From the NCBI GenBank assembly GCA_965203095.1, contig OZ241877.1, forward strand, positions 1,533,518 to 1,597,517: a stretch of 64,000 nt of DNA. The letters are read 5' to 3'. Position 1 is the stretch's first letter, and each line of letters begins with the position of its first letter. Shown here piece after piece: positions 16,856-23,714 of this stretch. Source of the stretch: Bdellovibrionales bacterium. Lineage in GTDB: Bacteria; Bdellovibrionota; Bdellovibrionia; Bdellovibrionales; UBA1609. The translations under genes were made by a program, and so were the position numbers. The notes below the pieces were generated by a model that saw nothing but the letters and a program-made list of their open reading frames with translations, did no database searches and was not told where the DNA came from.

Positions 16856-17603
16856 GAAGAATATTGAATCCAACCAAAAATATACTCCCCCTGAGTATAA
16901 AAAAAAGGCTTTTCACTGCCCACATTGTGAAGTGTATGCGAATCAGAATTGGAAAAATATTGTTTCAGAGGACCGAGAGTATGTGTATATGAATATGGAT
17001 GATTGGTTATTGAGAACAGCCAGAAGATACAATCTAAATACAATGAATGAGTCGATTTTACAAAAAATTATAAAGGTATATAGTTCGCTTTTTATTGGAG
17101 GAATTGAACTTGCCCTTTGTGCTCGCTGTAAAAAATATTCTATATGGGTAGATGGGCAAATGGTTTATCCCAATATGCTCACAGCTCCTTTACCTATTGA
17201 GGAGATGCCGGAATCTGTAAAAAAGCTTTATAATGAGGCCAGAGAAATTTCTGGCAAGTCACCAAGGGGAGCTTGTGCCTTGTTAAGGCTGGCAGTTCAG
17301 CAACTTGTTAAAGAGTTAGGCGAAGATGAAAATAATTTAAGTAAAGCCATTGGCAATTTAGTCCAAAAAGGTTTACCAAAGAGAATACAAGAAGCTTTGG
17401 ATTCTGTTAGAGTTATTGGCAACAATGCTGTTCATCCCGGCAAGATAAATATAGAAGATAAACCAGAGATAACAGATACTCTTTTTATGCTTATCAATTT
17501 TATTTCAGAAAAAATGTTTAAAGATGAGCAAAAAGTTGAGAAAATTTTTAGCTCTTTGCCTAAAAATTCTAAAAAAGCAACAGAACAAAGAGATCAAAAA
17601 TGA
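16836..17603 (+). CDS. Zn-ribbon + DUF4145-like domain protein
   Basis: RBS AAGGAGGAAAATAAAA is followed directly by the ATG. The cysteine pairs CPHC...CARC form the ribbon. The C-terminus AREISGKSPRGACALLRLAVQQL...LDSVRVIGNNAVHPG resembles DUF4145, a family often embedded in Type I R-M loci. Confidence 0.65.
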   Translation: MSDQKNKKNIESNQKYTPPEYKKKAFHCPHCEVYANQNWKNIVSEDREYVYMNMDDWLLRTARRYNLNTMNESILQKIIKVYSSLFIGGIELALCARCKKYSIWVDGQMVYPNMLTAPLPIEEMPESVKKLYNEAREISGKSPRGACALLRLAVQQLVKELGEDENNLSKAIGNLVQKGLPKRIQEALDSVRVIGNNAVHPGKINIEDKPEITDTLFMLINFISEKMFKDEQKVEKIFSSLPKNSKKATEQRDQK

Positions 17604-17734
17604 ATCCAAAAAATCAGTTATTTAAAAAACAAAAAATCACTATTGAAGGTTTTTTTAAGACTATGCTAAATAAACTAATGACCGGAAAAATCCGAGTCCA
17701 TAAACTGGGTATGAATACAAAACCTATGGAATAA
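17600..17734 (+). pseudogene. Relic of an hsdS 3' end (44-codon ORF)
   Basis: It translates to ...ITIEGFFKTMLNKLMTGKIRVHKLGMNTKPME*. L(L/M)TGKIRV is a characteristic conserved-region motif of Type I S subunits. Confidence 0.5.
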
Positions 17735-17740
17735 TAAAAA

Positions 17741-19564
17741 ATGGAACAAGCTATACTTAAAGAATTATATAATATTTTAGATCAATACAAGAAGCCGAGT
17801 TTCTTAATAGAAAGAAAAATCCATAGATGCATAGAAAGCTTTATCAAAGAAAAATTTAAAGACAGTAAATTATCGGCAAATTCTCCATTAAACTATGAAA
17901 CAAGAGCTTTTGCTTTTGGGGAAAGGGATAATTGCCCGGAGGAATGGGGAAATGTATCATATAGCCCGCTCATAGGGAATATAGATCCTATTACAAAAAA
18001 ATATCAAACATCTTATCCAGGCATAAGTCAAATTACTCCTGAAGTATTAAATTATTGGGAAGAACGATCTTCTGAAGTAAGCAATCCTATTTTACAATGT
18101 CGTTATGCCGGGCTTGTATGGGATTTTTCGCCAAAAATAAGAGGTAAAAAAGCAGATATATTTATAGCTTATAAGTTTATTGATTCCATAATCAAAATGG
18201 CTGAGCTTGGAGGAGATAGGTTTTTAAAATATAAACTGGAAAGGGCTTTAAGGCTTGCTGTTTCCATCAACAACAGGGACAGAATTTCATCTCTAAAAGA
18301 CACTATTATAAACTATGAGGACACTCACTCTGAAGATAATAAGTCAGGAACATGGGGTTATTCTTTTGACTTATTGATCGGTGATAAAGATTTATATAAA
18401 AAAATTGAATTAAAAAAAGAGCAAGAAAATAAAATCATAAAAAATCTTGAAAAAAGGCTGACATTGCTTTCTGACAAAGATTCGGATGTTTTTAGCCCGT
18501 ATAATGTTGAACATATTATTTCAAAACTGGTTCCTTATTATAATAATAGAAATGATAAGAAAAATATGAAAAGGGTTTTATTGATATATCGGGATTCTTT
18601 TTTATCTATTCTTGAAAAAGGAATTGGAATACCAGGAAGCGTTTGGCTGGAAAAAGTCAGAAAAATTTTATTTCAATATGGTTTATCTCAAGAGGCAAAA
18701 GATATAGAAGAAAATCTAAGAAAAGCCCAAAAAGAAGATTTAAAACTTCTTAAAAAACATAAAATTCCTATTAACATCCCAGGAGAAAAAGTTGATGATT
18801 ATATTAAAGGGCTTGATGAGCAAACCCTCTTTGAAGCATTGAATACAATAGCTATATCTTTTATCCCTGACAAAGATCAAAGTAAAGAGATAGTTCATGA
18901 AATTGCTCAGAAACATCCTCTCCAATTTATAATATCATCAAGCAATATTATGGATCATACTGGGAGAAAAGTTGCTGAAGTTGGACCTTTACAAGAGGAT
19001 TTAGACGGTCGCATTATTTATCAAATGAAACAATCACTTCTATTAACTTGTTATATGATTGAATTGGGCTTAAATCACCTTGAGAAGACAAAACTTCTTA
19101 ATGCGGACACACTTGCAAAGCATTTATTTGAGTCGCCATTTTTTTTAAAAGAGCAGTATCAAATAATAAAAGAAGGTTTGATTGCTTATTTCAATAAGAA
19201 TTATATTGCAAGTTGCTCTGTGCTGATTCCTCAAGTTGAATCCGTCATTAGAGAAATTATGGTTGTTGCTGGAGGGGTGATATATCAACCCTCAAGATCA
19301 TCAAATGAAAAAGGATTAAATTTAAGACCTTTAGGTTCTTTGTTGAGAGATGAGGTATTTATTAACATTTTTGAAGAATTTAATAAAAATATTCCTATTT
19401 ATTTTCAGATTCTTTTAATTGATCCAATAGGTTTTAATTTTAGAAACAATATTTGTCATGGTCATTTTCCTGCTGATCATTTTAATAAAACCGTTGCAAA
19501 TTATATTATTCACATATTATTGATTTTGTCCATATTCAAAAAAAGCGAAGAGAAAAAAGCTTAA
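17741..19564 (+). CDS. Large helical protein (607 aa) with a C-terminal Rx4H (HEPN-like, DUF4209-like) motif
   Basis: The C-terminus is LLIDPIGFNFRNNICHGHF. The size and motif resemble DUF4209 proteins; this is not verified by a search. Confidence 0.5.
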   Translation: MEQAILKELYNILDQYKKPSFLIERKIHRCIESFIKEKFKDSKLSANSPLNYETRAFAFGERDNCPEEWGNVSYSPLIGNIDPITKKYQTSYPGISQITPEVLNYWEERSSEVSNPILQCRYAGLVWDFSPKIRGKKADIFIAYKFIDSIIKMAELGGDRFLKYKLERALRLAVSINNRDRISSLKDTIINYEDTHSEDNKSGTWGYSFDLLIGDKDLYKKIELKKEQENKIIKNLEKRLTLLSDKDSDVFSPYNVEHIISKLVPYYNNRNDKKNMKRVLLIYRDSFLSILEKGIGIPGSVWLEKVRKILFQYGLSQEAKDIEENLRKAQKEDLKLLKKHKIPINIPGEKVDDYIKGLDEQTLFEALNTIAISFIPDKDQSKEIVHEIAQKHPLQFIISSSNIMDHTGRKVAEVGPLQEDLDGRIIYQMKQSLLLTCYMIELGLNHLEKTKLLNADTLAKHLFESPFFLKEQYQIIKEGLIAYFNKNYIASCSVLIPQVESVIREIMVVAGGVIYQPSRSSNEKGLNLRPLGSLLRDEVFINIFEEFNKNIPIYFQILLIDPIGFNFRNNICHGHFPADHFNKTVANYIIHILLILSIFKKSEEKKA

Positions 19565-19637
19565 GGATAATTTTTGTTTGTGAATTAATAAGTTTGTTTG
19601 GGTTTTTATCTTTTTGTTAAAGAAGGAGGTTTAGGGA

Positions 19638-20489
19638 ATGAATGATTTTAGGAAAAGTGATTTTGATAAAATTATGGAATTATATAAAAGCTGGCGAGAT
19701 TGTGAACCTTTGCCGGAGGAAAACCATAGGGCTTTATGGCAATGGATCCGTATGCGGTTTAATCATCTGTCCAATAAGTTTGAGGGCAATACTCTCACTT
19801 ATAGCGAAACTCAACTGCTTTTAATTCATGGGCGGGCTTCCGGTGATCATGAACTGAGGGAATATGAAGAGATGAAAGCTCATGACCTGGCCTTTGAGTA
19901 TATTCGCAAATTGGCTAAAGAGGCCAGGCTTATTGGTGAAGGGGATATTAGAGACCTCAATAAAATTTGCCTTAAAGAAACTTTTTATAAAGTGACTAAA
20001 ACTCCAACTGGTGAGCTGAGTAGAAAAAAAATCATTCCGGGAAAATATAAAACTCAGCCCAACCATGTTTTAACAAAAACAGGGCAGATTTTTCAGTTTG
20101 CCTTGCCGGAGGAAACTCCTGCTCTTATGGCAGATTTGTCTATAAGGATTCAAAACTGGTTAAAGCAAAGCACAGAGGACAAACATAAAAATCTTGTCTC
20201 TTTTTTAGCAGATCTTCATAAAAGGTTTATCCTTATTCATCCTTTTGATGATGGCAATGGGCGGGTGGTTCGTCTTCTTCTGAATTATATCCTTATCCGC
20301 TTAGATTTTTTGCCTATGGTTTTAGACAATCGGGAGGAATATATTAAGTCCATTCAGTTTGCAGATACTGGCGATATAAGTAAGCTTGAAAAATTATTTG
20401 CTGACAATATAAGCCTTATGCTTGAAAGAGGCATTTATGCGAAAAACAACAAGCTGGATTTGTCTACATTCCCATTTTCAAAGGATTGA
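19638..20489 (+). CDS. Fic family protein (AMPylase-type)
   Basis: The canonical Fic motif HPFDDGNGRVVRLL is present. RBS AAGGAGG lies upstream. Confidence 0.85.
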   Translation: MNDFRKSDFDKIMELYKSWRDCEPLPEENHRALWQWIRMRFNHLSNKFEGNTLTYSETQLLLIHGRASGDHELREYEEMKAHDLAFEYIRKLAKEARLIGEGDIRDLNKICLKETFYKVTKTPTGELSRKKIIPGKYKTQPNHVLTKTGQIFQFALPEETPALMADLSIRIQNWLKQSTEDKHKNLVSFLADLHKRFILIHPFDDGNGRVVRLLLNYILIRLDFLPMVLDNREEYIKSIQFADTGDISKLEKLFADNISLMLERGIYAKNNKLDLSTFPFSKD

Positions 20490-20652
20490 GGTTTGCCGAG
20501 GGCAAGCCAAAAGCTTTGAGGGATCAAAAAACTTATCTAATAACAAATGGATAAGCCCAGGGCTTTAATTTTGTTAAGGTGAGATTTTTTTGGATTTTGG
20601 TTTGCATGAAAAGGGCGGGGAGTATATAAAGAGGAAAAATGCAGGAGGCACT

Positions 20653-21781
20653 ATGCCTTTGGAATCAGAATTTATGGAGATAAAAGAGAGCTTGCTGAGG
20701 CTCAACCAAAAAGCGGGAGAGCTGAGGAGGTGTCTTTGACTTAGACGGTCAACAGGAAAAGCTATTGAGCATTAACAAGCAAATAGAAAAGCCTCATATT
20801 TGGAAAGATTTAGAAAAAGCCCGTTCTCTTCAAAAGGAAAAATCTCATATTGAAAAAAGCTTAAGGGAATGGAAGCAGTTAGAAACCCGCTTGCAAGATA
20901 GCACCTTACTTTGTCAGTTAGCTAAAGATGAAAAAGATGAAAAAGCTTTTGCTCAAGTTAAAGAGGATGTAAAAACCATTTCCCTTAGTTTGAAGGAAAA
21001 GGAGATCCAAAGCCTGTTAAGTGAAGAAAGCGATATCAATGATTCTTATCTCTCTATTCACGCGGGAGCTGGAGGGACAGAGGCCGCAGATTGGGCACAA
21101 ATTCTTTATAGAATGTATCTTCGCTGGGCGGAAAAGCAAAACTTCCAGCAAGAGCTTCTATCTTTGCATGAGGGGGAAGAGGCGGGCCTCAAATCGGTTT
21201 CTTTTTTAGTGAAAGGTTTTTATAGTTATGGCCTACTGAAGGGGGAATCCGGCGTGCACCGTTTAGTCCGCATTTCTCCTTTTGACTCCAATGCCAGAAG
21301 GCACACCAGCTTTGCCTCTGTTTTTGCCTGGCCATCGGTGGATCAAAAAATAGATCTAAAAATTAAACTCGATGACTTAAAAATAGATACTTATCGCTCC
21401 AGAGGGGCAGGAGGGCAACATGTCAACACCACAGATTCTGCTGTTCGGATAAAACATCTTCCCACAGGCATAACTGTTCAATGCCAAAACCAAAGAAGCC
21501 AGCATGCCAACAAAGACAAAGCTATGAAAATGCTCTCCTCCGCCCTTTACAAAAAAGAGTTGGAAAGGCAGAAGAGAGAAAAAGGCCAGAGGGAATCTTC
21601 TAAAAAAGCTAATGAATGGGGCAGTCAGATTCGATCTTATGTTTTGCATCCCTATCAGATGGTGAAGGATCACAGAACAGGCTTAGAGTTGGCCCGCCCT
21701 CAAGAAGTTTTAGATGGCCATATTCAGCCTTTTATAGAGTCTTTTTTGCAGTATTCTCTTCCCGACAGGGCGAGGGGCTAA
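20653..21781 (+). CDS. prfB: Peptide chain release factor 2, expressed via a programmed +1 frameshift
   Basis: Frame 0 (ATG 20653) ends at the in-frame TGA at 20737-20739 within CTT TGA C. The +1 frame continues as DLDGQQEKL... into the 338-aa ORF, which carries SPF and GGQHVNTTDSAVR. Confidence 0.9.
20725..20740 (+). promoter_or_regulatory. RF2 autoregulatory +1 frameshift site
   Basis: AGGAGG TGT CTT TGA C: an internal SD-like element lies 3 nt upstream of the slippery CTT-TGA-C, as in E. coli prfB. Confidence 0.85.
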
Positions 21782-21791
21782 GGGGTTTTTA

Positions 21792-22985
21792 ATGAGTTTT
21801 TACTGGCTTTGGTTGAAGAGGGTTTTGTTTTCCCGCAAAACGGTCTTTCAATTTCATTTTTTATTTAGTTTATTGGCTTTAATCTTGTCCATAGCCTCTC
21901 TCACTGTGGCCATTATGGCTGTAAATAGTTTTTCTTCTGGTTTGGAAAAAACCCTCATCGATAAACAAGGCCATCTTCGTCTTCAAACTCAGACTCCTGT
22001 CTCAAGTGGAAAACTTCAGCAAGATCTATTGCCTTACCAAGATTTTTTAGTTCATCAAGCTCTGCTTTTGTCTTTTGAGGCTTTAATTTTGAAAGATGGC
22101 CAATTTAAAGGTGTTTTTTTTGAGGCCATTCAAGATGACAAACTAAGGCAAAGTTCTTTTTTAAAAAATAGAATAGTGAAAGGAGATTTAAAATCTGCAA
22201 AGCCTTTTATAATTGTAGGCTTAAGTTTAGCTGAAGAGCTGGATCTATCTCCCGGAGATAAGGCCACAGTGATTGTTCCTCAGCCAGAGGAGGGCCGATT
22301 TTCCCGCCGGCCCGCTCATTTTAAAGTGGGGGCTTTAGTGGATTTTGGCCAATACTCATTCAATTCCTCTTTGGCTATTATGCCACTATCTTTTACAAAG
22401 ATTTTTGGGCAAGACTATGTCTCCGGTGCGGGCTTATGGCTTAAAAAAAAGGCTCAGGTCTCTTTTTTAAAGCAAAAAATGGAAGATGAAATGGAGGATA
22501 TTTATAGCATCAGCTCATGGAAAGATATGGACAGAGCTTTTTTTGAGGTGATCGAGTCCGATAAGAAGATTATTTTTCTTGTCTTACTGATTTTAATTAT
22601 CTCTTCGGGGTTTAATATCTCCAGCTCTCTTTTTATTCAGGTTTTTAAAAAAACAAAAGAGATCAGTATTTTAAAAGCTATGGGGGCTAAAAAAGGCTTA
22701 GTGAGAAATCTTTTTCTTTTACAGGGATTGTTTTTGGCCCTTGTAGGCTCAGTTATCGGCGTTTTGATTGGTCTTTTATTATGTCGTTTTTTAATTTTTG
22801 CTCAAAATCAATGGCATTTTATTCCTGTTAGTGTGTATAAAGTTAATGAGTTGGCTTGGGCTACTGACCCATCTGATCTTTTACTGATTTTTGTTGCCAG
22901 CTGGATTATTGTGATTTTATCTTCTCTTCTACCAGCTAAAAGGGCTTATCAGATGAATGTTCAAGCTGGCCTCGCAAATGATTGA
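21792..22985 (+). CDS. Lipoprotein-release / MacB-type ABC transporter permease (FtsX-like)
   Basis: An N-terminal TM helix, a large periplasmic loop and a C-terminal FtsX-type 3-TM bundle. A LolD-like ATPase follows. Confidence 0.7.
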   Translation: MSFYWLWLKRVLFSRKTVFQFHFLFSLLALILSIASLTVAIMAVNSFSSGLEKTLIDKQGHLRLQTQTPVSSGKLQQDLLPYQDFLVHQALLLSFEALILKDGQFKGVFFEAIQDDKLRQSSFLKNRIVKGDLKSAKPFIIVGLSLAEELDLSPGDKATVIVPQPEEGRFSRRPAHFKVGALVDFGQYSFNSSLAIMPLSFTKIFGQDYVSGAGLWLKKKAQVSFLKQKMEDEMEDIYSISSWKDMDRAFFEVIESDKKIIFLVLLILIISSGFNISSSLFIQVFKKTKEISILKAMGAKKGLVRNLFLLQGLFLALVGSVIGVLIGLLLCRFLIFAQNQWHFIPVSVYKVNELAWATDPSDLLLIFVASWIIVILSSLLPAKRAYQMNVQAGLAND

Positions 22986-22997
22986 TGAAGGGTGACA

Positions 22998-23675
22998 ATG
23001 AGCGAAGATCTGGTTTATGAAATAAAAAACCTGTCAAAAACTTATCAAACAGGTTCTCAAACCCTGCATATTTTACGGGGTTTGAACCTCAATATTCAAA
23101 GAGGTTCTGCTTTTTGTGTGACAGGGCCTTCTGGTTCTGGCAAAAGCACCCTTTTAAATATTATGGGGGCTTTGGATCGCCCCACATCCGGAAAAATTTT
23201 GTATTACAAAAGGGAGCTTAGCCAATGGACAGATGAGCAGTTGGCTTTTTTCCGGAGGGACAAAGTGGGATTTGTGTTTCAATTCCACCACTTATTGAAG
23301 GAGTTTACCGTTTTGGAAAACATTGCCCTTCCCGGCCTTATCGCTAAACAGCCCAAAAAGACTTGTCAGGAAAGAGCTGGTTTTTTAGCTGAAAGCCTGG
23401 GCCTAAAAGAGAGGTTATCCCATTATCCCTCACAACTCAGTGGGGGAGAGCGAGGGAGAACAGCCGTTGCACGAGCCTTAATGAATGAGCCAGAGATCAT
23501 TTTAGCCGATGAGCCTGTGGGCAATTTAGACAAAAAAAACAGCTCAATTATTAGAGATCTGTTTTTCGAATTGCATGAAAAATTCCAGCTCACTTTAATT
23601 GCTGTAAGCCATTCCTCTGTTTTTGCCTCTGCCTTTCCCAAAGTGGGGAGGCTGGAAGACGGGAAAATTACATAA
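22998..23675 (+). CDS. lolD: Lipoprotein-release ABC transporter ATP-binding protein
   Basis: Walker A GPSGSGKST, signature LSGGERGR and Walker B ILADEP. Confidence 0.75.
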   Translation: MSEDLVYEIKNLSKTYQTGSQTLHILRGLNLNIQRGSAFCVTGPSGSGKSTLLNIMGALDRPTSGKILYYKRELSQWTDEQLAFFRRDKVGFVFQFHHLLKEFTVLENIALPGLIAKQPKKTCQERAGFLAESLGLKERLSHYPSQLSGGERGRTAVARALMNEPEIILADEPVGNLDKKNSSIIRDLFFELHEKFQLTLIAVSHSSVFASAFPKVGRLEDGKIT

Positions 23676-23714
23676 AATTTCACTTAGGCCAATAAAATCC
23701 AAAAAGCTTGAAAA

